Source: Longimicrobiales bacterium (GTDB taxonomy: Bacteria; Gemmatimonadota; Gemmatimonadetes; Longimicrobiales; Gaopeijiaceae). From it: a DNA stretch of 64,000 nt. Numbering within the stretch: position 1 is the first letter of the stretch; each line of letters opens with the position of its first letter. Below, one piece after another: positions 27,753 to 37,533 of the stretch. The DNA lies in NCBI GenBank assembly GCA_965249725.1, contig CBDFMQ010000002.1:1248001-1312000 (forward strand), written 5' to 3'. Both the position numbers and the translations under genes were made by a program. Under the pieces are notes generated by a model, which was not told the origin of the DNA, did not search any database, and worked only from the letters and a program-made list of their open reading frames with translations.

Positions 27753-28697
27753 ATGTCGGACCCCCTGCCCTATAGCGAACTCGAACGTAGGCTCGGCACC
27801 GGACGGCTCGAGGTCGATCAGCCGCTGGCCCCGCTGACCACGTTTCAGATCGGCGGCCCTGCCGATCGCTTGTTTCGTGCCCGTACGGCGGACGACCTAG
27901 CCGAGTCGGTCCTGGCGGTGCGCGAATTGGGAATCCCTCACTTTCTGCTGGGCAAGGGAGCCAATGTACTCGTCGGTGACCGTGGATTCCGGGGCGTGGT
28001 CATCCGAGGCGAGGTGGGCGGCGTGGACTTCATCGAGCCGGATCTCGTGAGGGCCGGCTCCGGCGTCGAGACCTATCCCGACCTCATCGAAGCTACTGTC
28101 GCACGAGGGCTGGCCGGCCTCCATCACTACGTCGGGATTCCGAGCACCGTGGGAGGAGCGATTTGGCAGAATCTGCACTTCCTCTCTCCGGCCCCTGAGC
28201 GGGAACGCACGATGTTCATCGAGGAAATCGTCGAGGCGTCGGACATCCTCTCCCAAGAGGGCGAGAGGCATACGGTGACCCGGGACTACTTCGAATTCGG
28301 ATACGACCACAGCATTCTCCACGACCGAGACGACGTGGTCCTTTCCGTCGACTTTCGCCTCTCGCCTGCACCGGAAGGGGATCTCCGACGGGTCATGCGA
28401 GAGAATCTCGAATGGCGAAGCACTCGTCATCCGGACCTGCTTACGCATCCCAGCGCCGGGTCCATCTTCCAGAAGATCGAGGGGATCGGGGCGGGACGAC
28501 TCGTCGATCAATGCGGGCTGAAGGGCCACGTCCATGGTGGCGCCCAGATCTTCACCGAGCACGCCAACATCATTGTGAACCTGGGAGGGGCCACGGCGGC
28601 CGACGTGCGCGCACTCATCGACCTGGCTCGAGAGACCGTCTCCCGGGAGCATGGCTATGACCTCGTGCCGGAGATCACTTTCGTGGGGGAATTCTAG
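27753..28697 (+). CDS. murB: UDP-N-acetylmuramate dehydrogenase (divergent)
   Basis: TTFQIGGPA, LGKGANVLVGD, GIPSTVGGA, SAGSIF, AGRLVDQCGLKG, HANIIVN, C-terminal PEI. Confidence 0.88.
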   Translation: MSDPLPYSELERRLGTGRLEVDQPLAPLTTFQIGGPADRLFRARTADDLAESVLAVRELGIPHFLLGKGANVLVGDRGFRGVVIRGEVGGVDFIEPDLVRAGSGVETYPDLIEATVARGLAGLHHYVGIPSTVGGAIWQNLHFLSPAPERERTMFIEEIVEASDILSQEGERHTVTRDYFEFGYDHSILHDRDDVVLSVDFRLSPAPEGDLRRVMRENLEWRSTRHPDLLTHPSAGSIFQKIEGIGAGRLVDQCGLKGHVHGGAQIFTEHANIIVNLGGATAADVRALIDLARETVSREHGYDLVPEITFVGEF

Positions 28698-28708
28698 AGA
28701 GCCCTGAC

Positions 28709-29389
28709 CTAGCCGGGCCGGCGAGCCTGTCCCGCGAGCTCCTGAAGGAGATCGGTATCCAGGTCGTGCCCGCCTGCGTGTGTCATCGTTCGGAACGGTA
28801 TGTCCATCTCGAGCAGCCGCGCCTCTTGTCTGTCGTGGGCCACCTCCGAGACGTGGTGATCGGACAAGCCGCGAGCCAGAACCAGGTCGATGTCGGCCAG
28901 TCGGGCCGGGGCCCGCTCGAGGTCCAGGTCGTCGGGCGGATACGCACCCCAACAGATCAGGGTTCGTACCGGCATCTGTCCCGCGACCACCCAACGGCAG
29001 GCCGTGTGCACACCCTGAGAAAACCCCAGGACGACAAGGCTCTCGAGGACCCCACCCACCTCGGTCTGCACCTCGCCGAGGACCGCATCGAGATACCTCA
29101 CGTAGTCGTGGATTTCGTTCAGTCGGTCCTCCCGGGTCATCCATGTTGCACCGACCGGGTCGCCGGGACCGTGTCGTCGCGTCCCGTCGTCCAAGTAGAA
29201 GCGCGACAGGGCCTCGGGGGCCACGATGAGGCGAGTCCCGTCGTCGAGAGCGCGGAACCGCCGTACGAAGCGACTAGCTAGCTGACGATATCCGTGGCAG
29301 ACGAACCATACCTGCCGTGTATCTGGACCGGCCGTGCCCAGAGTGAAGTAGCGAGCGGTCTTGGCGACCTCGATGTGGCGCTCCTCCAC
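28709..29389 (-). CDS. Alpha/beta hydrolase (phospholipase/carboxylesterase-like)
   Basis: HGY, GATWMTREDR, GFSQG nucleophile, D, GGH. Confidence 0.88.
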   Translation of the reverse strand: MEERHIEVAKTARYFTLGTAGPDTRQVWFVCHGYRQLASRFVRRFRALDDGTRLIVAPEALSRFYLDDGTRRHGPGDPVGATWMTREDRLNEIHDYVRYLDAVLGEVQTEVGGVLESLVVLGFSQGVHTACRWVVAGQMPVRTLICWGAYPPDDLDLERAPARLADIDLVLARGLSDHHVSEVAHDRQEARLLEMDIPFRTMTHAGGHDLDTDLLQELAGQARRPG

Positions 29390-29395
29390 GTCGAC

Positions 29396-29764
29396 TCAGA
29401 TCCCGAACCACAGGAAGACGGTGTAGCGTAGGAATCCCACATGGGAGAGCAGGAAGAGCACTAATACAGCCCGCCGCCACCTACCTCGCTCAACTTTGAA
29501 ATTCTTGAGAGTGAGGCCGATCGGCAGGAGCAAGAGCCATCCGATGTAGGGGAGAAAATGGCCGGCCAGCGTTGGCAGGGTGTCTAGAAACACGGACGGA
29601 TTCGCGGCCCGTCCCAGTCCTCGGAGGAGTGTCCGCAGACCCAGTGGCAAAAGCACGCAGTACTCCGGAATGACGAAGAGGGCGTTCACGAAGAACAGCA
29701 TGCCCTCTCGAGTCTCGATCCAGGGTTCCTTGGAGATTTGTAGCCGTTCGGCAGAAGAAGACAT
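29396..29764 (-). CDS. Hypothetical membrane protein
   Basis: 122 aa, about 3 hydrophobic segments, 6 nt upstream of the hydrolase. Confidence 0.6.
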   Translation of the reverse strand: MSSSAERLQISKEPWIETREGMLFFVNALFVIPEYCVLLPLGLRTLLRGLGRAANPSVFLDTLPTLAGHFLPYIGWLLLLPIGLTLKNFKVERGRWRRAVLVLFLLSHVGFLRYTVFLWFGI

Positions 29765-29825
29765 GGAACCGTATGCGGCTTTCGGTCGTCATATGGTGTG
29801 GGGCCCCCGCAGTCCCATGACGGAC

Positions 29826-29956
29826 GGTACGCCGAGGGTACGCCGAGGGTACGCCGAGGGTACGCCGAGGGTACGCCGAGGGTACGCCGAGGGTACGCCG
29901 AGGGTACGCCGAGGGTACGCCGAGGGTACGCCGAGGGTACGCCGAGGGTACGCCGA
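29826..29956. repeat. 11-bp tandem repeat x12 (GGTACGCCGAG), intergenic
   Basis: 11 perfect units from 29826 plus one 10/11 unit, no spacers. Confidence 0.98.
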
Positions 29957-30075
29957 AAGGTGTCAGCGCCCGCTCGGGCCGGCAACCGTCAGCGTCATCG
30001 GCGGAGGCTCTGCGGATCCTTTGCTCCACCGCGAGGTCAGGCTATGCTGAACATCATACGAAGAACCGCCTGAAA

Positions 30076-32463
30076 GTGACGGGAATGAGCCCAACACCAG
30101 CCGCCACCGCTATCCTCTGCGTCGGATTGCTCATCACGCCCGGCTCGGGCCGCGGACAGGTGCCGGATTCCCTCGCGCAAGAGTCGGACTCCCTGGCACA
30201 GACGTCCGAGTCCGGAGAGAACCCCTTCGAGGGTTTCGAAACCCACTTTCTCGCCAACGGGCTCAAAGTCTGGTTCAAGCGTCTACCCGACGCCCCCAAT
30301 GTCTCCGTCAGCGTCACGGTCCCGTACGGATCTCACTCGGACCCGCGCGGCAAGGAGGGTCTGGCCCACTTCACGGAGCATATGCTCTTCTCCAACCACC
30401 GGGGTCGATCAGAGCAAGAGGTCAAGGACGCCATCGAGAGCCTTGGTGGGCGGCGCAATGGCTTCACGACGGCGGACCACACGTGGTACTACACCACGAT
30501 CGACAAGCAGCACGGGCTATTCGCCATCGAGTGGCTCTCCCGTATCGTCTCTCCCCACGCGATGGAACCGGAGGTGGTCGAGAGGAATCGACAGCCCATC
30601 GCCATCGAGACGAATGCGCGACCCCGCGAGGTATACGAGCGTGTCTGGGCCTTCCTGAATCCATCGCTTCTGATGCCGCCGGACTTCTGGCAACGAGAGT
30701 TCAGGATGGACACCCGGGGCCTGCGGCCACTGGACCGTTGGAGCACGCTCCACCGGATCACATCAGAGGACCTGCGTGGCTTCTACGAGACGTACTATGT
30801 GCCGGCAGCCCTGACGCTGACGATCGTCGGCGACCTCGACCGTGACGAAGCGATCGCGATGGCCGAGAGCACGTTCGGTACTCTCGAGCGAAGAGCCGTG
30901 CCTCCGCGAGGGATGGAGATCGAGGATCCGAACCGTACGAGAGCCACTTATGTGTGGGGGTTCCCGTCCAACGTGCGCTATACGGCTCGGTTCAAGTTCC
31001 TCCACCCGAGTGCAGAAGACGAGCTCATGATCCTCTTCACGAGGGATCTGCTCAATCGGCGGCTGAACCAACGCTTGCGGTACGGTGAGCAGAAGGCCGT
31101 CTATAGTCTCCAGGTCGCCTCGTCGAAGCGAGGGCCTGCAGCCTTCCTCCAGGTGAGGGGCTCGATCGACCCCGACGAGTACGACTTCGCGCTCGGAGTC
31201 ATCGAGGAGGAACTTCAGTCGCTCCGGACCGGCACGTTGGATCCGGTCGCTTTCGAGGCGGACCGGACCGCCGTGATCGAGCGCCTCCGGAGCGGAAACC
31301 AGACTGCGGAGGCTCTGAATTTCTGGGTGTATCGGAACTTCTACGATCCGGACACGTACTCGGACTTTCCGAATGTATTGGGATTCTACGAGGGCGTGAG
31401 CCAGGAGCAGGTAGCTTCGTTCACCGATCGCAACCTCGTTGCCGAGCGTGAGGTCCTGTCGATCCTGCGCATCCATCCGATCAGCCAGGAGCTCATGGTG
31501 CTGGCTGTCCTGGCGTTGGTGTGGGGTGCCATCCGGGTAGTGGGATGGGGCCTCACAAGCTCCGTCACCATGAGTGACATTCGGTATGTGGCCCGCTTTC
31601 GAGTGCCCATCGTCTTCAGGATCGTGGCGTTCTTGGTCCTCGGTGGAGTCGGGCTGGTCGTGGCTCGCGTGACCTTCTTCGGCCTCCAATGGATCACGCT
31701 CGCCTATGTGGCTACGGTGGACGACTACACCATCCAGATGGGGAGCTATGCCCTCATGCTCGTCTCAGTGTTGGCGCTGTTCCTGGTGTATCTGTCCCGT
31801 CTTCCGCGAAAACTCCTGATCTTCCCAGACCACGTGCGCGTGAAGTCGCTGGCCTATCGCTCTCGGATCTTCAAGCCTGAGGACCTGCAGGAGATCTCAC
31901 TGCGCCGGTTCCACCGGGTCTGGCTCAGCAAGGACCTCTTCCGGTGCTTCCCGATGGCCCTTGGCTTGGTGCGACCCGGTATCTACCTGCGGCCCGCCAA
32001 GGGACGGGCGTACTTTTTCCGAACCCGCGACATGAAGGAGCTGATCGAGGTCCTCGGCTCCTGGCGTGGAGAGCCGATCACGACCGCGATTCATGAACAG
32101 AAGGTCGATGCCCAGCCCGGTCGAAAGGACGAGACCGGCTCACCGGAGGAGGCGCCACCAGACAAGGCGCCACCCGAGACAGCCGCCGAAACGACGCCAA
32201 GCGAAGCCGACACGCCCGTCGCAAAACCTCCTGCCAAGCGTAGCTCAAAGGCCGGGGCCGAACCCAAGCGGGCCCCTGCGGCCGCCTCTCCCGAGGCCGG
32301 CGCGTCACCCGAGGCCGGTGCGCCAACTGACGAGGATGACTTCGACGACGTCGACTTCGACAGCATCGGGCTCACAGACGCGGAGATGGAAGAGCTTCTC
32401 GGTGAAACGAGACGGGACAGCCCGCCGGACGACCCGACGGACGACTCGACGGACGAGAGCTAG
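30076..32463 (+). CDS. M16 (insulinase-family) zinc peptidase fused to a membrane module and acidic tail
   Basis: LANGL, GLAHFTEHMLF (HxxEH), NGFT, YYVP; three hydrophobic segments after about residue 470; low-complexity C-terminus. Confidence 0.85.
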   Translation: MTGMSPTPAATAILCVGLLITPGSGRGQVPDSLAQESDSLAQTSESGENPFEGFETHFLANGLKVWFKRLPDAPNVSVSVTVPYGSHSDPRGKEGLAHFTEHMLFSNHRGRSEQEVKDAIESLGGRRNGFTTADHTWYYTTIDKQHGLFAIEWLSRIVSPHAMEPEVVERNRQPIAIETNARPREVYERVWAFLNPSLLMPPDFWQREFRMDTRGLRPLDRWSTLHRITSEDLRGFYETYYVPAALTLTIVGDLDRDEAIAMAESTFGTLERRAVPPRGMEIEDPNRTRATYVWGFPSNVRYTARFKFLHPSAEDELMILFTRDLLNRRLNQRLRYGEQKAVYSLQVASSKRGPAAFLQVRGSIDPDEYDFALGVIEEELQSLRTGTLDPVAFEADRTAVIERLRSGNQTAEALNFWVYRNFYDPDTYSDFPNVLGFYEGVSQEQVASFTDRNLVAEREVLSILRIHPISQELMVLAVLALVWGAIRVVGWGLTSSVTMSDIRYVARFRVPIVFRIVAFLVLGGVGLVVARVTFFGLQWITLAYVATVDDYTIQMGSYALMLVSVLALFLVYLSRLPRKLLIFPDHVRVKSLAYRSRIFKPEDLQEISLRRFHRVWLSKDLFRCFPMALGLVRPGIYLRPAKGRAYFFRTRDMKELIEVLGSWRGEPITTAIHEQKVDAQPGRKDETGSPEEAPPDKAPPETAAETTPSEADTPVAKPPAKRSSKAGAEPKRAPAAASPEAGASPEAGAPTDEDDFDDVDFDSIGLTDAEMEELLGETRRDSPPDDPTDDSTDES

Positions 32464-33866
32464 TCTCCGGACGCTACAGCGTCATCGAGGTGCAGCCGGG
32501 TAAGATCCCGCGCGAAGCGAACACGCACTCGCACCAGCAGAAACAATGACACCGCCGCGAGACCGGCGGCCATTCCCCACCAAAGCCCGAGCGGGCCCAG
32601 ACCCGCTCGGAATCCGAGATACAGGCTGATCGGTAGCCCGATGAGCCAGAAGCCCACCAGGTTCACGGCCATTGGCGCCATCGTATCGCCGACGCCTCGA
32701 AGCGCGCCCGACGCCACGGCCTGCAATCCATCGAAAACTTGGAAGATGCCGGCCACCGGAATGAGAGTGGCAGCCAACCCGACCACCATTGCGTCCGAGC
32801 TGTAGATCCGAGCGAGCATGTCCGGCACGGTCAGGAACGTGGCGCCGAAAAACACCATCATGCCGCCGACGAACAGGAGCCCTGCGCCCGCGGAGCGCCT
32901 TGCCTTCGCCGGGTCCCCTGCCCCCACGGCTCGTCCGACCAGGACCGCCGCAGCCTGGGTGACGCCCACGGCCGCCATGAAGGTCAAGCTCGCCAGGTTG
33001 ATCGCCACCTGATGGCTCGCCATGGGGATGGTACCGAGCCACCCCATCGCGATCCCGATGACACCGAAGGAACCGAACTCGAGAAAGAACTGCACACCGA
33101 TAGGCGCCCCCAGTCGGAACATGCGACGAAGGGGAGCGGGATCCATCGCCCCTGGTCGTAGCGGCCACAGGTAGGGCCGCAGCACGGGCCACGCCACGCC
33201 GAGCAACGCGAAGAGCATGACCCAACGGCTGAGCGTGGTGGCCCAGCCCGAGCCCACGGCGCCCATCGCCGGAAAGCCGAGATTACCGAAGATGAGCACC
33301 CAGTTGAAGAAGACGTTCGCGAGGTTTGCCAAGACGATGACCGCCACGATCGGGGCCACGCGTCCCATCGACTGAAGGCTCTGGCGCAACACAATGAAGC
33401 CGTAGAACGGCAGCACACCGGGAATCGAGACGAGCGCGTACTCTGCGGCGATCGGAATCACATCAGGCGGCTGCTTCAGAAACGTCAGGAAGGGCAATCC
33501 AGGGGTCAGACATAGTGCCGTGAACAGCGAAAGGACGGCCGCCATCACGAATCCGCGCTGAATACCACGTGCGATTCCAGCCCGGTCTCCGGCTCCGAAG
33601 GCCTGAGATACGACCGGGTCCAGGGCGAAAAGAGCACCCAGGCCGAAACTCGCGGTCAGAAAGAAGTAGAGATTCCCAAGAGCGACAGCCGCGAGGTCGC
33701 GCGGCGACACATGGCCCACCATGACCGTGTCCACCGCCCCCATCATCATGACGCCTACCTGGACCGCCGCGACGGGCATGGCCAGGCGGATCAAGGAGAC
33801 GAGGTCTGCCCTCTCCGGAATCATCTGGCGTACGACGCGCATGAGCAGGGCAGATCGGGGTGGCAC
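32460..33866 (-). CDS. MATE-family efflux transporter
   Basis: VDTVMVGH, NWVLIFGNLG, GAVGSGWAT, FDGLQ...GALRGVGDT. Confidence 0.94.
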   Translation of the reverse strand: MPPRSALLMRVVRQMIPERADLVSLIRLAMPVAAVQVGVMMMGAVDTVMVGHVSPRDLAAVALGNLYFFLTASFGLGALFALDPVVSQAFGAGDRAGIARGIQRGFVMAAVLSLFTALCLTPGLPFLTFLKQPPDVIPIAAEYALVSIPGVLPFYGFIVLRQSLQSMGRVAPIVAVIVLANLANVFFNWVLIFGNLGFPAMGAVGSGWATTLSRWVMLFALLGVAWPVLRPYLWPLRPGAMDPAPLRRMFRLGAPIGVQFFLEFGSFGVIGIAMGWLGTIPMASHQVAINLASLTFMAAVGVTQAAAVLVGRAVGAGDPAKARRSAGAGLLFVGGMMVFFGATFLTVPDMLARIYSSDAMVVGLAATLIPVAGIFQVFDGLQAVASGALRGVGDTMAPMAVNLVGFWLIGLPISLYLGFRAGLGPLGLWWGMAAGLAAVSLFLLVRVRVRFARDLTRLHLDDAVASGD

Positions 33867-33955
33867 AAGAGACGCAAAGGACCGCGCCGGCCTGGGAGGG
33901 CGTGCGGTCCGAGAAGGATAACACTTTGCGTTGAGGGCCGGGATCGCTCCGCCGA

Positions 33956-34243
33956 CTACTCCCCGAGAGCCTCGTCCGACTCCAGTACGCGAGTCCCTCG
34001 ATCCCGCCTGATACGGTCCATTCGGATCTCGAGGAGGAGATTGCGCTCCTCCTCCAACTCACTCCGATCGTTCACGCTCGCGCGCCGTGTCTTGGGCACG
34101 GCAAACATAGAAATGAGCGTGATGGGAAAGCCGAGCCAGAACGCAGCGAACCGTTTGAAGCCGCGCTCACCGTCGCGGACGTAGGCGCAGTATGTGAAGT
34201 TGGCAGCCACCCAGACGAAAGACCCCAATAACCCACTGACCAT
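33956..34243 (-). CDS. Small hypothetical membrane protein
   Basis: RBS GGAGGA, two hydrophobic segments, charged tail. Confidence 0.6.
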   Translation of the reverse strand: MVSGLLGSFVWVAANFTYCAYVRDGERGFKRFAAFWLGFPITLISMFAVPKTRRASVNDRSELEEERNLLLEIRMDRIRRDRGTRVLESDEALGE

Positions 34244-34272
34244 CCTCTTCCTCCCTACCCGGATGTTCCGGG

Positions 34273-34452
34273 CTACTCACCATTTCGGCGGGGTCGCCGC
34301 ACCAACTCCCCGCCGCAGTTGGGGCAGAGACTCTCCATCGCCTCCGCACATCCCGGACAGAACGTGCACTCGTAGCTGCAGATGTGAGCTTCGTCACCCG
34401 GACCGACCGGGCGTTGGCAATGCTCGCATGTACTACGCATCTCGAGGGTCAT
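34273..34452 (-). CDS. DUF1272-family cysteine-rich small protein (59 aa)
   Basis: Not in ORF track. Manual translation [59 protein letters not shown]. Confidence 0.9.
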   Translation of the reverse strand: MTLEMRSTCEHCQRPVGPGDEAHICSYECTFCPGCAEAMESLCPNCGGELVRRPRRNGE

Positions 34453-34593
34453 TTCGTCCGTTTCGTGCAGTGGTCCCCGTCCCGCTGCCTACACCACATG
34501 GCCCCGGACGGTCGGAGTCCCGTGACGGGAGTCGACGCCGGACCGTATCTTGGCTCTCGAATCGCGATGGCCGTACTGCTTCCTAGGTGCCTG

Positions 34594-35076
34594 ATGCCCC
34601 GTAAAGCCGAATCACCCGGAATTCGCCTCGAGCAACTCTGGAATCGACTCTCCGCCTTTCCCGGCGGAGGTTGGGCGTTCAGTAGGCTTCTCCGCTTCAT
34701 GGTTCCTTACAGCGGGTCCATCGGCGCCCGGGTCGAAGCACTCGAGCCCGGATACGCGCGCGTCTCGCTCCAGGACCGACGTCGGGTCCGAAACCACCTC
34801 CGGTCGGTACACGCGGTGGCGCTGGTCAACCTGGGAGAGCTCACCAGCGGCTTGGCCATGCTCACCGGCCTGCCCCCGACGGTACGTGGCATCGTAACCG
34901 GCATCTCCGTGGAGTACACGAAGAAAGCGCGTGGCCGGCTGGTTGCCGAGTGCCGATGTGACCCGCCTCCCGTGACCGAGTCCATCGACTACACCGTAAC
35001 CGCCGAGGTTTGCGATGCCGAAGAGGACGCGGTGGCCCGAGTGTCGGTCAACTGGCGCCTGGGACCGGTGGAGTGA
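34594..35076 (+). CDS. Hotdog-fold thioesterase (DUF4442-like)
   Basis: [32 protein letters not shown]. Confidence 0.85.
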   Translation: MPRKAESPGIRLEQLWNRLSAFPGGGWAFSRLLRFMVPYSGSIGARVEALEPGYARVSLQDRRRVRNHLRSVHAVALVNLGELTSGLAMLTGLPPTVRGIVTGISVEYTKKARGRLVAECRCDPPPVTESIDYTVTAEVCDAEEDAVARVSVNWRLGPVE

Positions 35077-36095
35077 ACGACGGCCCGCCAATACCGGAGG
35101 TTCCCACTCGGCTCACGTCCGACGCTGGAATCCGGGTGCCGATCATCTGTGGCGCCATGTACCCCTGCTCCAATCCCGAGCTGGTGGCGGCGGCCTCGGA
35201 GGCCGGTGGCCTCGGTGTGCTGCAGCCGATATCGCTCACCTACGTCCACGGATACGAGTATCGCGACGGCCTCTGCCAGATCCGGTCGCTCACCGATCGG
35301 CCCATCGGCATGAACGCGCTGATCGAGCAGTCTTCGCAGACGTACCGCAAACGCATGGAGGAGTGGATCCAGGTGGCGTTGGAAGAGGGCGTCCGCTTCT
35401 TCGTGACGTCCCTCGGCAAACCGGATTGGGTGGTCCGCATGGTCGAGCCCTTCGGAGGATGCGTCTACCATGACGTCACCGAGCGGAAATGGGCGCAGAA
35501 GGGCGTCGACTGCGGAGTCCACGGGCTCATCGCCGTGAACACCCGCGCCGGAGGTCATGCCGGGGAGCTCGACGTCCGGGCGCTACTGGACGATGTGGGA
35601 GACCTGGGGCTTCCGGTCGTGTGCGCAGGGGGCGTCGGCACCGAACGGGAATTCGTTGAGGCCCTTCGACTCGGTTACGCCGGCGTTCAGATGGGGACCC
35701 GGTTCATCGCCGCGAGTGAGTGCTCGGCCTCTGACGAGTACAAGCAGGCCATCATCGACGCTGAAGAAGAGGACATCGTTCTCAGTGAGCGGATCACGGG
35801 CGTACCCGTCGCGGTGATCAATACCCCCTTCGTTCGGCGGATGGGGCTCAAGGCGGGGCCGCTCGCCCGTTGGATGCTCAGAGGCGGCCGTACCAAACAC
35901 TGGATGCGCACGATCTACGCCCTACGTTCGCTGTGGCAGTTGCGGCGGTCCTTGCGCGCAACAAGCGGACGCGGCGATTACTGGCAGGCCGGGCGGAGCG
36001 TCGCCGGCGTGGACGGAGTCGAGCCGGTGCACTCCATCGTGCGTAGATTCGCCCTCGCGGCCGCGGCCGCTCCGCCTGGACCGACGACCGAATGA
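35073..36095 (+). CDS. Nitronate monooxygenase-family flavoprotein
   Basis: [39 protein letters not shown] overlap. Confidence 0.88.
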   Translation: MNDGPPIPEVPTRLTSDAGIRVPIICGAMYPCSNPELVAAASEAGGLGVLQPISLTYVHGYEYRDGLCQIRSLTDRPIGMNALIEQSSQTYRKRMEEWIQVALEEGVRFFVTSLGKPDWVVRMVEPFGGCVYHDVTERKWAQKGVDCGVHGLIAVNTRAGGHAGELDVRALLDDVGDLGLPVVCAGGVGTEREFVEALRLGYAGVQMGTRFIAASECSASDEYKQAIIDAEEEDIVLSERITGVPVAVINTPFVRRMGLKAGPLARWMLRGGRTKHWMRTIYALRSLWQLRRSLRATSGRGDYWQAGRSVAGVDGVEPVHSIVRRFALAAAAAPPGPTTE

Positions 36096-36114
36096 CGGAC
36101 GACCGACGGCCCGA

Positions 36115-36147
36115 CGACCGAGTGATCGGCGACCGAGTGATCGGCGA
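36115..36147. repeat. 15-bp direct duplication (CGACCGAGTGATCGG x2)
   Basis: Adjacent identical copies at 36115 and 36130, intergenic. Confidence 0.75.
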
Positions 36148-36175
36148 ATTCCACATCCCTACCGGGAGAACACAC

Positions 36176-37486
36176 ATGCTCCGACGCATTCTATGCCTCA
36201 CCGCTCTCTTCCTTCTCCAGCCGGGAGTCTCGAACGCCCAGGAGGCCCGTCGGCGATGGGAGAGGATGGCGCAGATCCGCCAGGAGAAGTTCGACCTCGT
36301 CCTTCCCGAAGCCATGCGTGAGAACGGGATCGACATGTGGATCACGGTCATGCGTGAGGGCCATCTCGATCCGCTGTACGAGGATCTCGGTCGAGGCTAC
36401 GTCGGCTCCACGGCGTACTACATCTTCACGGACCGGGGCGGCGACCGGATCGAGCGCGTAGCCCTCGGCGTGGGCGGTTATCTGCTAGAGCAGAACGGTG
36501 CGTACGACATGGTGACCGGGCGCTACGACCTCCGCGAGTTCGTCCAAGAGCGGGACCCTGGGCGCATCGGCGTCAACATGTCCGAGTCGATCGGCGGGGC
36601 CGACGGCCTTTCGCACACGTCGTATGGGGCGCTGGTCGAGACGCTGGGCGAGCCTTATGCATCGCGGCTCGTGTCGGCCGAGAAGCTCGTGTCGGACTTC
36701 CGTTCGCGCCGGGTCGCTTCAGAGATCGTGGCATTCGGGGAGGCCGGTGAGATGTCCAGGGAGATCGCGGAGCGTGCCTTCTCGAACGAGGTGATCACCC
36801 CCGGCGTCACCGCCCTCGAGGACGTCGCTTGGTGGATGATGGACCAGCTACTCGAGCGTGGTCTCGGCTCCTCGTTCGACATGCCCTCCGTGTACATCAC
36901 GGGCCCCTCGGGCGTGGAGGCCACGTCGTCCGACCGCATCATCCAGCGTGGGGACCTGATGATGATCGATTGGGGTGTCGGGTACCTGAATTTCTACACG
37001 GACATGAAGCGCACCGCTTATGTGCTCAGAGAAGGCGAGGTCGAGGCCCCCCCCGGCATCCAGAACGCGTTCGACCGGGGCGTCGAAGCCCGGACGGTCA
37101 TCAAGAACACCATCAAGCCAGGCATGACCGCGAGCGACAACTTCGACTTCATCCTGGAGGCGTTGTCCGGAGCGGGGTTCAGCATCATGGAGACTTTCAA
37201 CCAGCCTTCGGACGACCCTGAGGTGACCGACATCATGACCGGCAACCATTCAGTCGGTAATCTGGGCCACGGAATTGGCCCGTCTATCGCGTGGTTCAAT
37301 CCCACCCGGATGACCTACGAGGTGGTGCCGGGCAACTTATTCTCGATCGAGCTGTTCGCCTACACCGCCGTGCCCGAGTGGGGTGGAGCGAAGGCCCGCA
37401 TTCCCCTCGAGGACGACGCGATCGTGACCGCGCGGGGAGTCGAGTGGCTGTACCCGGTCAATTCCAGAATCCTGCTCATCAGGTGA
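36176..37486 (+). CDS. Secreted M24 metallopeptidase
   Basis: RBS GGAG + ATG 36176, signal peptide, IDWG...YTD, HGIG, SIE, LEDD metal ligands. Confidence 0.87.
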   Translation: MLRRILCLTALFLLQPGVSNAQEARRRWERMAQIRQEKFDLVLPEAMRENGIDMWITVMREGHLDPLYEDLGRGYVGSTAYYIFTDRGGDRIERVALGVGGYLLEQNGAYDMVTGRYDLREFVQERDPGRIGVNMSESIGGADGLSHTSYGALVETLGEPYASRLVSAEKLVSDFRSRRVASEIVAFGEAGEMSREIAERAFSNEVITPGVTALEDVAWWMMDQLLERGLGSSFDMPSVYITGPSGVEATSSDRIIQRGDLMMIDWGVGYLNFYTDMKRTAYVLREGEVEAPPGIQNAFDRGVEARTVIKNTIKPGMTASDNFDFILEALSGAGFSIMETFNQPSDDPEVTDIMTGNHSVGNLGHGIGPSIAWFNPTRMTYEVVPGNLFSIELFAYTAVPEWGGAKARIPLEDDAIVTARGVEWLYPVNSRILLIR

Positions 37487-37533
37487 GCGACCCAGGCGTG
37501 AGACATCCTGAGGAACATCCAGAGAGACACAAC

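Noticed and set aside
29826..29956. CRISPR array
   Set aside because: 11-bp head-to-tail units with no spacers and no cas operon
29490..30073. ORFs with TLGVPSAYPRR / YAEGTPRVRRG repeats
   Set aside because: Translations of the stop-free minisatellite in several frames on both strands
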